The notes: a model not told the origin generated them from the sequence alone. A stretch of DNA of 62,263 bases from Kiritimatiellia bacterium (GCA_017509565.1 JAFWPM010000069.1:1-62263), one strand, 5' to 3'; shown: positions 20,576-30,942, counted from the stretch's first letter. Numbers and translations: made by a program.

Positions 20576-20783
20576 TTCAACGCTGCAAAGCGGTCGCCGC
20601 CTGAAACTTAGGAACTTTCAACGAATGACGACACCTTGCAGGGGTAGCGTGTATAGGCGCTTGCCTCTCCTTGTGTTTCATTCAGGTTTCCTAAGACCTC
20701 AGACGGGATACGATGGGAGGCCTTCTTTTTGACTCCTTCCTTCATGTCGGACCCGAGCGGCGGAAACACGAAGGAAGGAACCA

Positions 20784-21032
20784 ATGAAAGCCAGCCATAT
20801 CCAAAAGAGTTCACTTTGGACGCTTGCCGGCGTCGCATGGACTGTGACGATTCTGTGCTCCATCTCGGCCTTCGCACAGGACAAGTTCTTGATCGAACCT
20901 CCGCGACAAGCAGTGCGAGAGGCTGTTCAGATGGAGACTGCTCCGGGGCGGGTGCCGGATGCGTTGCGCGAACTGGAACGCGCCGGAAAGATTCCCACCG
21001 AACAGCTATATGCACCCGAAGGCGGTTTATGA
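20784..21032 (+). pseudogene. N-terminal stub of a secreted protein (signal peptide), out of frame with the downstream toxin-like tip
   Basis: RBS aaggaagga; signal peptide ending 'SAFA|QDK'; stops after 82 aa while overlapping the next frame. Confidence 0.55.
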
Positions 21033-21378
21033 ACTGCGGTCAAAGCCTGTTACAGGCGGGCATGGGCATCAGGCGACATACGACGCCCAAGGCTATATTA
21101 TCACTGAAACCATCAAGGCCGGAACGGCGGACTTCGCTTTCCCTGCAACTTACATAAAACTTAAAAGGCTGGAAAAACATCGTGAAAAGGATGTCAAACC
21201 ATACATTCGCGCCTTGCAACTTGACGGAAATCCAGTGCATCCTATTGACAGTTCTGGGAATATATCCACCTTCTGGACTCGCAACCTCACTCTCCCGCCG
21301 CTTCGCGTAGGGCCTTTTACACAGCAGTATCTTCAACGCCGTCCTACAACCCCGACAGGAGTCTTGAGTATACCATGA
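21010..21378 (+). CDS. Orphan AMOP-like domain, putative polymorphic toxin C-terminal tip
   Basis: 'HPKA..ELRS...GHQATYDAQG..I...AGTADF...H...DVKPY...YLQRRPT' follows the AMOP motif order. Confidence 0.55.
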   Translation: MHPKAVYELRSKPVTGGHGHQATYDAQGYIITETIKAGTADFAFPATYIKLKRLEKHREKDVKPYIRALQLDGNPVHPIDSSGNISTFWTRNLTLPPLRVGPFTQQYLQRRPTTPTGVLSIP

Positions 21379-22100
21379 AATCCTTAATTGCAATTGCAAC
21401 GCTAACGTTAACCGTAGCATCGCTTGTCGCCGACACGCTGCAAATAGGCGCGTTCACCTTGCCGTATCGTTTTGAGGACACAAACATCACGGACATTGTA
21501 AGATATGTCGTGACGAACGATGTCATTGCCTACAAGTCCACCACAACTTCGTTCACGCCGCCATTCGTTGAAGAAAACGGCAATGTCACCGTTGACAGCG
21601 AAAACACGCCGGGCACGACCTTGTATCTGCCACCGGTTTTCGAGAATGGAATAGAGTTCCGCATTGAAAACGGCCAGACCAACTGCGTCATCAAACAGTC
21701 GCTGACCGATGTGGCAAAGACCATTGAGGGCGAGTTGCCGACACGAACGAACCTTGTCGCTGCGGCGCAAGGCTTCATTGATAATTTTTGCTCTGGGGGG
21801 ACAACAAACTTGACAATCTCGGAGCAGCGCGCCTTAATGAGAACCGTGTCCGGCGACAATTTGCTGACCATGGGGCCCGACATACCGGATGAAGATGCCC
21901 TTGAGGCACAGGAGGAAATGCGCCAACATTTCTCTTTTTTGCCGATATGCATCCTGGATACACGCTATGTCAATGTCGGGACAAACATTGTCCTATTGGC
22001 GTATGTCAGAACGGACAGGCCACAAAACCCATCATACGCCAGAAGCATTGGTGCGCTACCCCTTGTATTCTTTGATGGCTACTGGAGCTTCCTGTATTAG
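21375..22100 (+). CDS. Secreted/periplasmic hypothetical protein, putative immunity protein
   Basis: Signal peptide 'MKSLIAIATLTLTVASLVA'; ATGA overlap with the upstream tip. Confidence 0.6.
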   Translation: MKSLIAIATLTLTVASLVADTLQIGAFTLPYRFEDTNITDIVRYVVTNDVIAYKSTTTSFTPPFVEENGNVTVDSENTPGTTLYLPPVFENGIEFRIENGQTNCVIKQSLTDVAKTIEGELPTRTNLVAAAQGFIDNFCSGGTTNLTISEQRALMRTVSGDNLLTMGPDIPDEDALEAQEEMRQHFSFLPICILDTRYVNVGTNIVLLAYVRTDRPQNPSYARSIGALPLVFFDGYWSFLY

Positions 22101-22129
22101 TTGCCATCAGCTCCGTTTTCGTGTATCAT
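22101..22129 (+). promoter_or_regulatory. sigma70-type promoter for the R-M pair
   Basis: TTGCCA-17bp-TATCAT. Confidence 0.5.
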
Positions 22130-22220
22130 GGTTGCATCACTCATAGGAGCATTTTCACCGACCACTAACGAACTTTAACCACAACTGAACCTTTTACGCA
22201 TCTGCGCAACGCGACGTTCT

Positions 22221-22883
22221 ATGGCAACCACCGAATCGATTATCCCACATGACATAAAAAACAAGTTTGAGTTCCACAATTTTGGGCATGCGCTGGAAAT
22301 TCTACCGCAAGCATACCCCGAAGAGTGGGATGATCTCATTTCAGCCCTTCGCGGTCTTGAGATTCCATTAGCGGATATCAAGGCCGCAGGTGGCAATGAA
22401 AGTGCCATACCTAAGCGTTTTGACGACTTGCTTTATCCAAGAGGGTGGAGCGAAATCCGAATTACTGGCGACTTGCTATTGAAAATGTTTCCCCGAAAAG
22501 CCATTCAGCGCAGGGGAACATTCGCTTCGCAGCCATTCAGCGAGAAAATAATTGAAGGTTACATTGATGGTCACAACATAGATTTTATCAAGGGGAAGGT
22601 CGCCTTTGATCTGGAATGGAACAGCAAGGATCAGACCTTCGACAGAGATCTTCTTGCCATGCGCACATATTTTGATTGTGGTCTTATTGATGTCGGAGTC
22701 ATTGTTACGAGATCCGAAGAGTTGAATGACCTGTTTCGCACTCTTGGAATAATGGCCAAATATGGCGCGTCAACGACATGGATGGGCAAACTGCTCTATA
22801 GGCTGAAATCGCGCCGTAATGGTGGGTGCCCAATTTTGGCTGTAGGCATAAAGATTCCGTGCATAACGGGAGTGGTGCAATGA
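22221..22883 (+). CDS. BglII/BstYI-family restriction endonuclease
   Basis: 'GGNES', 'IDFIKGKVAFDLEWNSKDQTFDRDL', 'DVGVIVTR', 'GGCPILAVG'. Confidence 0.8.
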   Translation: MATTESIIPHDIKNKFEFHNFGHALEILPQAYPEEWDDLISALRGLEIPLADIKAAGGNESAIPKRFDDLLYPRGWSEIRITGDLLLKMFPRKAIQRRGTFASQPFSEKIIEGYIDGHNIDFIKGKVAFDLEWNSKDQTFDRDLLAMRTYFDCGLIDVGVIVTRSEELNDLFRTLGIMAKYGASTTWMGKLLYRLKSRRNGGCPILAVGIKIPCITGVVQ

Positions 22884-23671
22884 GCAATCTCGCGGATACA
22901 ATTTCAGATCTTCGTGATTTCGCGGCAGGACGCAAATTTAAGACGATTTACGCCGACCCCCCATGGCAGTTTAAAAACCGCACAGGCAAGGTGGCTCCTG
23001 AACATAGACGGCTTTTACGTTACGAAACGATGCCTTTCGATGACATAAAGGCTCTTCCTGTTTGCGATATTGCCGATGAAAAAAGCCATCTATACCTATG
23101 GATCCCGAATGCGTTGCTCCCTGAAGGGTTAGAAATAATGGCGTCATGGGGCTTTACGTATAAGACAAACATAGTTTGGGAAAAGGTGCGCCAAGATGGA
23201 ATGCCTGATGGACGTGGCGTTGGCTTCTATTTTCGCAACGTGACGGAACTTCTTCTTTTCGGGGTCCGCGGAGAAGGAAACAGAACTTTGCAGCCAGGGC
23301 GCTCGCAAGTTAATCTTATCCGCGCGGTAAAGCGCGAGCATAGCCGGAAGCCAGACGAAATTGTTCCAGTAATAGAGGCATGTTCGCCGGGGCCATATCT
23401 AGAACTTTTCGCACGCGGGGATCGTCCAGGATGGGCCATGTGGGGCAATCAGGCCTCATCGGATTATGAACCGACATGGGCAACATACGCAAATCATACT
23501 GTTGCGACAGCTAAAAAAGAAGATTTCAAGTACACGACTGCCGTTGGTTGCAACAAAATGGCTCGTCAGATGTTGCTTGCACTTGAATCTGACAATAATG
23601 TTGGCGGACGCGATGTTGCCTTGCGGGAGTCTGGCACTTTGAACTTGACGAAATGCACGCCGACCACATAA
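22880..23671 (+). CDS. MT-A70 family adenine methyltransferase
   Basis: 'IYADPPW', 'HLYLW', 'GFYFRNVTELLLFG', 'REHSRKPDE', 'LELFAR...W..WGNQ'. Confidence 0.9.
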   Translation: MSNLADTISDLRDFAAGRKFKTIYADPPWQFKNRTGKVAPEHRRLLRYETMPFDDIKALPVCDIADEKSHLYLWIPNALLPEGLEIMASWGFTYKTNIVWEKVRQDGMPDGRGVGFYFRNVTELLLFGVRGEGNRTLQPGRSQVNLIRAVKREHSRKPDEIVPVIEACSPGPYLELFARGDRPGWAMWGNQASSDYEPTWATYANHTVATAKKEDFKYTTAVGCNKMARQMLLALESDNNVGGRDVALRESGTLNLTKCTPTT

Positions 23672-23757
23672 AGCCGTGGTCAAAAGGCGGGCACACCATT
23701 CCGGACAACTGCCAGATGCTCTGCCGCGACTGCAACCTCTCCAAAGGCGCGAAATAG
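23635..23757 (+). pseudogene. HNH endonuclease C-terminal fragment (DUF262/GmrSD-HNH-like tail)
   Basis: Manual translation: HFELDEMHADHIKPWSKGGHTIPDNCQMLCRDCNLSKGAK*. Confidence 0.75.
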
Positions 23758-23938
23758 GAAGCAATCTTCGCCTTGCTATGACATCTGCCAGACACGGATT
23801 TGCCTTCCAAGTGCAACCAAGAGTCAGACCCTTTATTTAGGAAGACGCAGCGCTTCCGCGACACTCGGGGCCGTTTGCTATAATAGAGGCATGGAAACGC
23901 TTCTTCGCATAGCGGTGCTTGCATTGCTCGCCGGGATG

Positions 23939-23975
23939 GCGCAGTTCGCAGTCCGGCGCGCGTGGCGCGCCGCGA
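23939..23975 (+). repeat. 37-bp direct repeat, copy 2
   Basis: gcgcagttcgcagtccggcgcgcgtggcgcgccgcga. Confidence 0.9.
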
Positions 23976-24052
23976 CACGCGACAAGCGACGCGCATTTCT
24001 TGTCCAGAAGTTGACGAAGCGATTCCAATTCCTTTTCGTGACCCAGAAACAT
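23970..24052 (-). pseudogene. N-terminal stub of an archaeal-type/AAA ATPase
   Basis: 'MFLGHEKELESLRQLLDKKCASLVACRG' resembles the FxGRExEL...GRRRxGKS family start and is cut at the Walker A by the repeat. Confidence 0.6.
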
Positions 24053-24280
24053 ATATGTGTCCTTGCCAATCCCTTATTTGCCACAGCAGTTGTTTTCGCA
24101 TTACGTGCCAAAAGTGTCAAGGCGATTTTTGGCACGAAATTTGTTTTTTGGCTATTTGGTGCCAAGGCAACCGGTGAAAATTCTGGCACGAAGGTGATGT
24201 TTCCAGACCCTTGAGGGGCTGGACCGACGTGACGGACGAAAGCGACCTCGACGCGGCTGGATGGCGCGCCGTGGCGCGCG

Positions 24281-24323
24281 GTTGAAAGGTTGAAAAGGTG
24301 AAAGGTTGAAAGGTTGAAAAGTT
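24281..24323. repeat. Octamer tandem repeat (GTTGAAAG x5)
   Basis: gttgaaag gttgaaaa ggtgaaag gttgaaag gttgaaaa. Confidence 0.9.
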
Positions 24324-24541
24324 CGGCGGAGCTTTGCCAAAATCGCTTTCCCTGTGGCTTTGCGTGAGGCTTTTCCTTTGCGGACTTTGCGCGAGGTTTT
24401 CCAGGGCGGAGGTTCATTGAACCTAAGCGTCTTTCCTGCATTCGTTTTCAGGCTCATCCCACGCGCCATCCCGTATGTTTTCGTGAAGGTTTCGTGTCCG
24501 GCAAGGCGGAGGCCGCGGAGTGGCGCGGCAACGTCGCGGCC

Positions 24542-26161
24542 TCATGGGCCGGGCAGCAGTTCGCGCTCAATCGCCGAAAGCGCCGTATCCGCGGCATGGG
24601 GCCAGTTGACGGCCAGTTCCGCCCTGACGCGTTCGCGTGGCCCCGCCTCTGGATCGTCGCCGGCCATGACGACATTGCGGATGAACGCTTCGATTCCGGC
24701 GGCGTCTGTCGCGACGCGGCAGCCTTCAAGGCACCGCAGTCCAATTGCGTTGAACTTGCGGGGGGCTTCGGCCAGATCGTCGAGTATGTAGCAGCAGGGC
24801 TTGCCGGTGAAGGACCAGTCTGCCAAAAAGGATGAGCAGTCCTGGACTATCGCGTCGGCCGCCGCGAAGTCGCGGAGCGGGTCCCCGCCGTCTGTCCACC
24901 GGGCATTCGGATGGGCCAGAAACCTTTCGCGCCACCTTTCGCACCTGGCGCGGCCCCAGAGGGAGGGGCGCTCCAGCACGGGGAAAAGGAATGGGTGCGG
25001 GCGGAAGAGGAAGTCGGCTCCGGGGAATTTCCCGGGGAGTTCGGCGATGAAGTCGGCCAGGCGCATGAAATTGGAGAGGGCCATGAGGCCGTTTGCGCCG
25101 CCGGCAACGGAGTGGTGTGGCGCGACCAGCACGCATTTCCTGCCATCCGGGCGCGGAGCCTGCGCGGGCAGGGCGTCCATTTTTATGGAGCCTACGACCT
25201 TGCCGTTGGCGCCGCCGATTGGTGAGACGGAGCGGTAGAGATCCTGCGCCGCCGCGCTTTCAAGAAAGACCTTCCACATGCAGGCGTAGTTCGCGAGGCC
25301 CATGACCGGCGCCGCGAAGGAGGTGCATGGGTAGCCGTAGTTGGCGTAGATTGGCAGGAAGGAGTCGCCTATTGCGCGCCTTGGGTTGCAGCGCCAGGAC
25401 GAGAGGTTGTAGGGTGACGGGTAGCAGACGATGTCGGCGCGGAAGTCGGCGACGGGGTCGGACCAGTGGCCGGATGCGCTGCGCGAAACGTGGACAAGGG
25501 CGTCCGCCGGATAGGCCCGCGCAAGATTGGCCTCGGCGCGGCGCATGGCGTCATGCGGGTCGCCTGAGGCGATGCCGCGGAGGTCTGGGATGACGGCGAT
25601 GCGGGCGTCGTGGCGCGGGCTGCGGCGCATGGCGTCGAGCAGGGGCCGTGCCGGGAACATCGAGGCCGAAGATACGAGAAAGAGCGATTTGATTCTGGCG
25701 CCGGCCGCCACGCGGGCGCGGATTGCGGCGACCTTCGCGGGGAACGCCGCCTGGTGCTCCTCCAGGGTCGGGAAGCGCCAGTCCGGGTCGGCGCTCCCGT
25801 TTCCGAGCAGCGGTTGCAGGCGGGAGACGCGCAGGCCGGCGCGTCGGCCGACGCGTTCGTAGTGGACAAGCGGGTTGAGCCCGGAGGCGGCTGCCCCGGG
25901 GTTGAGCTCCAGATATTCGGCGCCGCAAAAGCCGGGGCCGGGATCCTGTCCGGCCGCCGCCCCCGCGAAGAGATAGTGGAGTTCCGGCGATTCGCCGGAC
26001 TTGGCGATGTCCGGATTCTGGCGCAGGTACCAGGCCCTGTCGAAAAGCGGCGAACGGGAGACGGCCCGCGCCTGGAGCAGGGTCCGGAGGGTCTGGCGTA
26101 TCCTGCGCGGCGAACCCGCGTACCGCGCCAGCCTGTCCAAAAGCCTGCCCGGATCCATCAT
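24542..26161 (-). CDS. CDP-glycerol:glycerophosphate transferase-like (GT-B) glycan protein with N-terminal 'FDxxWYL..NPD' repeats
   Basis: 'FDRAWYLRQNPDIA', 'NPLVHY', 'VAPHHS', 'FRPHP', 'DCSSFLAD'. Confidence 0.65.
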   Translation of the reverse strand: MMDPGRLLDRLARYAGSPRRIRQTLRTLLQARAVSRSPLFDRAWYLRQNPDIAKSGESPELHYLFAGAAAGQDPGPGFCGAEYLELNPGAAASGLNPLVHYERVGRRAGLRVSRLQPLLGNGSADPDWRFPTLEEHQAAFPAKVAAIRARVAAGARIKSLFLVSSASMFPARPLLDAMRRSPRHDARIAVIPDLRGIASGDPHDAMRRAEANLARAYPADALVHVSRSASGHWSDPVADFRADIVCYPSPYNLSSWRCNPRRAIGDSFLPIYANYGYPCTSFAAPVMGLANYACMWKVFLESAAAQDLYRSVSPIGGANGKVVGSIKMDALPAQAPRPDGRKCVLVAPHHSVAGGANGLMALSNFMRLADFIAELPGKFPGADFLFRPHPFLFPVLERPSLWGRARCERWRERFLAHPNARWTDGGDPLRDFAAADAIVQDCSSFLADWSFTGKPCCYILDDLAEAPRKFNAIGLRCLEGCRVATDAAGIEAFIRNVVMAGDDPEAGPRERVRAELAVNWPHAADTALSAIERELLPGP

Positions 26162-29013
26162 TGGCGCGAACCCCTGGTGGAGAGGTGCCGCTTCAGGAAC
26201 TGGCCCGTGTATGATTCGCGGCAGGCCATGACTTCCTCGGGAGTCCCGGCGACGACGAGGTTGCCGCCGTCGTCCCCGCCTTCCGGACCGAGGTCGATGA
26301 TGTAGTCGGCCGCGCCGATGACGTCCATGTTGTGCTCGACGACCAGGACGGTGTTGCCGGCGTCGCGGAGGCGGAGCAGCAGCTCCAGCAGCTTGTGGAC
26401 ATCGGCGAAGTGAAGTCCGGTCGTCGGCTCGTCGAGGAGGTAGAGCGTCTTGCCGGTCGAGGCGCGGGAGAGTTCCGTGGCGAGCTTTACGCGCTGCGCC
26501 TCTCCGCCGGAGAGCGTCGTCGAGGATTGGCCGAGCTGAATGTACCCGAGACCGACGTCCTTCAGGGTCTGGAGCTTGTTCGAGATGGCGCGGACGGGCG
26601 CGAAGACCTCGCACGCCTCGTCGATCGTCATGTCGAGGACGTCGGCGATGGACTTGCCTGCGTACTTTACCTGGAGCGTCTCCTGGTTGTAGCGCCTTCC
26701 GCCGCACTGGTCGCAGGTGACGTAGACGTCGGGCAGGAAGTGCATCTCGGTCTTGATTGCGCCGTCGCCCTTGCACGCTTCGCAGCGTCCGCCCTTGACG
26801 TTGAAGCTGAAGCGCCCGGGGCCGTAGCCGCGCATCTGCGCGGCGGGGGTCTTGGCGAAGAGCGAGCGGATTGGCGTGAAGGCGTCGGTGTAGGTGGCGG
26901 GGTTGGAGCGCGGCGTCGTGCCAATCGGGCTCTGGTCGATCTCGATGACCTTGTCGACGAGGTCGGTTCCGGTGATTTTGCGGAACTTCCCCGGCTCCTC
27001 TGAGGCGTGGTAGAAGAGCTTCTTCAGATGCTTGCGCAGGATGCCGTCGACAAGGGATGACTTGCCCGAGCCGGAGACGCCGGTCACGCAGACGAAGCAC
27101 CCGAGTGGGATGGAGACGTCGATGCCCTTGAGGTTGTGCTCCGCGGCGCCGCGGATTTCAATGCGGTCCCTGCCGGGGGCGACGCGGCGCGTCGAGGCGA
27201 TGAGGCGCCGCCCGTTCAGGTAGTCGGCGGTCAGGGTGCCGGACTCCAGCAGGCCGGCGATGTCGCCCTCGTACACGACGTTGCCGCCTTCGCGCCCGGC
27301 GCCCGGCCCGAGGTCGATGATGTGGTCGGCGGCGCGGATGACCTCCTCGTCGTGCTCGACGACCACGACGGTGTTGCCGCGGGACTGAAGCTGGCGCAGC
27401 ATGGCGAGCAGCTTCTCGTTGTCCCGCGAGTGGAGACCGATCGTCGGCTCGTCGAGGACGTAGAGGACGCCCACAGGACCGCTCCCGATCTGCGTGGCGA
27501 GGCGGATGCGCTGCATTTCGCCGCCGGAGAGCGAGGAGGATTCGCGGTCGAGCGTCACGTAGTCCAGGCCGACGTCAATCAGGAAGCGCAGGCGCTTGCG
27601 GATTTCCTTGACGACTTCGCCGACGATCTTCATCTCCTGTCCGGTCAGGCGCGATGGCAGCTCCTCGAAGAAAAGGTCGGCCGCGCGGACGGACATCGAC
27701 ATCACGTCGGTGATTGTCCGGTCGGCGACGGTCGCGACGCGCGACTCCGGTTTGAGGCGGGCGCCGTGGCAGTCCGGGCATTCCTGGAGGACCATGTAGC
27801 GCTCCAGCTTCTCGCGCGTCTCGTCGAACTCCGTTTCCAGATAGAGGCGGTGTAGCGCGGCGAGCGCGCCTTCGAAGGGCTTGTTGACATGGAACACCTT
27901 GCCGCGCGAGCGGAGTTCGACGTCGATGGGTTCGCCGCCGGTGCCGTGCATGAGGATGTCGCGGAAGCTGGCGGGCAGCTTCTTGTAGGCCACGGTGGGG
28001 CTTGCGCCGTAGAGGCGCGCGAGGCCGCGAAGGAAATGCTTGTAGTACCGCCTGACATAGAAGCCGCCATGGGCCCAGGGCTGGATTGCGCCGTCGTCGA
28101 GGGAGAGGGAGTCGTCCGGGACGACCAGCTCCTCCGTGAAAACGAGCTGGCGCCCGATGCCCGAGCAGGTCGGGCAGGCGCCGTGGGGGTTGTTGAACGA
28201 GAAGTTGCGCGGCTTGAGCTCCTCGAAGGAGATCGAGCAGTGCGGGCAGGCGTTCTTCTCCGAGAAGATGCGCTCCTCGTCCTTGTCGGCGCCGGGCTGC
28301 GAGATGATGGCGAACAGTAGCCCGTTCCCGCGCTTAAGGGCCAGCTCCACGGAGTCGGTGAGGCGCGTCCGAGCCGTCGGGGCTACGACTATCCGGTCGA
28401 TTACGGCCTCAAGGTTGTGGTTGCGCTTCTTGTCGATCGGCGGGACCGACTCGATGTCGAATATCTGGCCGTCGAGTCGGACGCGCGCGAATCCGGCCTG
28501 CCTGAGCTCGTCGAGGACGTCGTTCTGGGCGCCCTTGCGCCCGCGCACGATGGGCGCGAGGATCGTCAGCTTCGTCCTCTCCGGTAGGCGCATCATCGCG
28601 TTGACGACCTCCTCGGCGTTCTGGCTCCTAACGGGCCGGCCGCACTTGGGGCAGTGCGGGACGGCGATCGAGCCGTAGAGAAGGCGCAGGTAGTCGTGGA
28701 TCTCCGTGGATGTCGCAACGATTGAGCGCGGGTTGTTGCTGGTCGTGCGCTGCTCAATCGCGATGGCCGGCGACAGGCCGTCGATGTAGTCCAGTTCCGG
28801 CTTCTGGAGCTGGCCGAGGAACTGGCGCGCGTATGCGGAGAGGGACTCGACGTAGCGCCGCTGGCCTTCCGCGTAGAGCGTGTCGAATGCCAGGGACGAC
28901 TTGCCGGAGCCGGAAAGCCCGGTGACGACGGTCAGCGAGTTCCGGGGGATTTTTACGCTGATGTTCCTGAGGTTGTGCTCGCGCGCCCCCTCGATTGTGA
29001 TGAATCCGGACAT
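26158..29013 (-). CDS. uvrA: Excinuclease ABC subunit A
   Basis: 'GAREHNL', '[23 protein letters not shown]', two ABC modules, Zn fingers. Confidence 0.98.
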   Translation of the reverse strand: MSGFITIEGAREHNLRNISVKIPRNSLTVVTGLSGSGKSSLAFDTLYAEGQRRYVESLSAYARQFLGQLQKPELDYIDGLSPAIAIEQRTTSNNPRSIVATSTEIHDYLRLLYGSIAVPHCPKCGRPVRSQNAEEVVNAMMRLPERTKLTILAPIVRGRKGAQNDVLDELRQAGFARVRLDGQIFDIESVPPIDKKRNHNLEAVIDRIVVAPTARTRLTDSVELALKRGNGLLFAIISQPGADKDEERIFSEKNACPHCSISFEELKPRNFSFNNPHGACPTCSGIGRQLVFTEELVVPDDSLSLDDGAIQPWAHGGFYVRRYYKHFLRGLARLYGASPTVAYKKLPASFRDILMHGTGGEPIDVELRSRGKVFHVNKPFEGALAALHRLYLETEFDETREKLERYMVLQECPDCHGARLKPESRVATVADRTITDVMSMSVRAADLFFEELPSRLTGQEMKIVGEVVKEIRKRLRFLIDVGLDYVTLDRESSSLSGGEMQRIRLATQIGSGPVGVLYVLDEPTIGLHSRDNEKLLAMLRQLQSRGNTVVVVEHDEEVIRAADHIIDLGPGAGREGGNVVYEGDIAGLLESGTLTADYLNGRRLIASTRRVAPGRDRIEIRGAAEHNLKGIDVSIPLGCFVCVTGVSGSGKSSLVDGILRKHLKKLFYHASEEPGKFRKITGTDLVDKVIEIDQSPIGTTPRSNPATYTDAFTPIRSLFAKTPAAQMRGYGPGRFSFNVKGGRCEACKGDGAIKTEMHFLPDVYVTCDQCGGRRYNQETLQVKYAGKSIADVLDMTIDEACEVFAPVRAISNKLQTLKDVGLGYIQLGQSSTTLSGGEAQRVKLATELSRASTGKTLYLLDEPTTGLHFADVHKLLELLLRLRDAGNTVLVVEHNMDVIGAADYIIDLGPEGGDDGGNLVVAGTPEEVMACRESYTGQFLKRHLSTRGSRQ

Positions 29014-29024
29014 GACATCCCGCG

Positions 29025-30869
29025 CTAGGCGTTTTCGCGTTCGCGGCGGCGGCGCTCCTGGCGCGTCACGGCCTCGCCGTCAATCACGCCGTCGGGGCCG
29101 ACGGCCGCGGCGGCCTCGCGTGCGCGGCGCTGGCGCATGAGCTGGACGATTGCCAGGAACTGGGAGACGGTCCAGTACAGGAGAAGCGCCGACGGCATGG
29201 AGTAGAACATGAAGAACATCATGAGCGGCATCATCCACATCATCATCTTCTGCTGCGCCGGATCGCCCATCGACGGGGTGAGCTTGCTCTGGAGGAACAT
29301 GGTCCCGGCCATCAGGAAGGGCAGGATGTTAAGCGCCGGGGCGCCGGGGATGAGGCCCGCAAGCAGGTTCTCGGGCTCGCTGAGGTCGCGGATCCAGAGG
29401 AACGGCGCGAAGCGCAGCTCCGTCGCCGAGCGCAGCACGACGAACAGCGCGATGAACACCGGTATCTGGATGAGCATCGGGAGGCAGCTCGACATTGGGT
29501 TGACGTGGTTGTCCCGGTAGAGCTTCATCGTCTCCTGCTGGAGCTTCTGGGGGTCGCCCTTGAATTTCTCCTGGATGGCCTTGAGCTGCGGCTGGATGGC
29601 GCCCATCCTCTTCATGCTCTCGTTGCTCTTGCGGGTCAGCGGCCAGAAGATGAGCCGCACCATTATCGTCAGGACGATTATCGCCACGCCGTAGTTGTGG
29701 AACACGGCGTTGAGGCCGTTCAGGATTGGCAGGAGTATCACGCAGAGCCACTTCGACATCCCGAACTCCATTATGTCGCCGGACTTCGGGGCGAATTTGC
29801 GGAGGACGGAGAGTTTCTTGGGGCCGATGTAAAGCCGGTACGACAGAACCGTCGCGCCATCCCTGCGGAATGACGCGGCGGGGAGCCGGAGCGAGGCGGA
29901 GATGGTCTGGACGCGCAGCGGGCCGCGCTCGGTGGCGCGCGCGGCCGAGACGGCGTATCCGGCGGATTCCCCGCACAGCGCCTGCGTGAAGAAGCGCGTC
30001 TTCAGCGCGACCCACCGCTGGGGCTCGTCGAAGGATTTCGCGATTCTGGCGGGGAGCTGCGCGGCGTCGGGCGCCCCGGAGCATCCGCCGCCGCTGCCGC
30101 CGGTGAAGAGCTTTGTAAGTTCGCGCTTGCGCTCCCAGTGGTTGACCTTGGCGGACTCGAAGGCGGGGAGGTTGTCGATGGCGAGGATGCTTGTGTTGCC
30201 GCGCGACTGGCGCTCCAGCGAGCCGACGCCGATGAATGCGTTGTCGGTGAAGGCGGGGGCGCCGCCGGCGCCTGCGAGGAAGGTGTCCTCCAGCGCTATC
30301 TGGTAATTGGGAAGCAGCGAGAACGACCTGGTCAGGGTGGCGCCGTTGGGGAGGGTGCGCGTGAGGACGGCGTTGGTGGGCGATGCCGCCGCAATCTCGA
30401 AGTCGGCATTGGCGGAGAACCCGGGGATGCCTGAGAGGGCGAGCGCCTTTGCGCCGGAGTAGTCGAAGACGATGTCGCCGCTGTCTTTTGCGATTGTCTG
30501 GCGGTAGCCGACAAGCGTGGCGGACGAAATCGCGCCGCCTTTCGTGGAAATGGCAACCTTGAGTTCGCCATTCTCAAGCGTGGCGAACCGTTCGGGAGTG
30601 TCGGTCTCGGGCTCCTCGGCGGGTTGCGCCGCAACGTCTCCGGCGTCAGGAGATGGCGACTCCGGCTGCGCCGCCTGGGCGTCGCCCGCGCCGGACGGCG
30701 CCGAAATGGCCGTGTCGCCGGGCAGGGCGGCCGGTTCGGCTGCGGCAAGTTCGGCCTGCTGGCGCCGCCATTCCTCCATGCGCCTGCTGTTGGCCTTGTT
30801 CTGGTAGTGCATCCAGCCAAAAAGCAGGGCCACAAGAAGTATTACAATTGCTATGTCCTGTCTGTTCAT
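29025..30869 (-). CDS. yidC: Membrane protein insertase
   Basis: '[10 protein letters not shown]', '[15 protein letters not shown]', '[10 protein letters not shown]'; conserved gene order. Confidence 0.95.
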   Translation of the reverse strand: MNRQDIAIVILLVALLFGWMHYQNKANSRRMEEWRRQQAELAAAEPAALPGDTAISAPSGAGDAQAAQPESPSPDAGDVAAQPAEEPETDTPERFATLENGELKVAISTKGGAISSATLVGYRQTIAKDSGDIVFDYSGAKALALSGIPGFSANADFEIAAASPTNAVLTRTLPNGATLTRSFSLLPNYQIALEDTFLAGAGGAPAFTDNAFIGVGSLERQSRGNTSILAIDNLPAFESAKVNHWERKRELTKLFTGGSGGGCSGAPDAAQLPARIAKSFDEPQRWVALKTRFFTQALCGESAGYAVSAARATERGPLRVQTISASLRLPAASFRRDGATVLSYRLYIGPKKLSVLRKFAPKSGDIMEFGMSKWLCVILLPILNGLNAVFHNYGVAIIVLTIMVRLIFWPLTRKSNESMKRMGAIQPQLKAIQEKFKGDPQKLQQETMKLYRDNHVNPMSSCLPMLIQIPVFIALFVVLRSATELRFAPFLWIRDLSEPENLLAGLIPGAPALNILPFLMAGTMFLQSKLTPSMGDPAQQKMMMWMMPLMMFFMFYSMPSALLLYWTVSQFLAIVQLMRQRRAREAAAAVGPDGVIDGEAVTRQERRRRERENA

Positions 30870-30942
30870 GCCGTAAACCTCAAAAGTTCCAAACCCCAAT
30901 CAAAAAACCTCGCCCCTTTGTTTTCTCATTTTGCCATGTCCG

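Noticed and set aside
20580-23800. Integron cassette array
   Set aside because: No RYYYAAC/GTTRRRY-bounded attC sites between genes and no integrase; the genes have their own promoters.
23931-23975. tRNA or tRNA-derived att site (ggcgcagttcg resembles a D-arm)
   Set aside because: No anticodon arm, T-loop (GTTCRA) or acceptor stem.
23891-24214. 107-aa plus-strand ORF METLLRIAVLALLAG...
   Set aside because: It has a promoter-like upstream sequence but runs through the repeat and antisense to the ATPase stub; at most a remnant.
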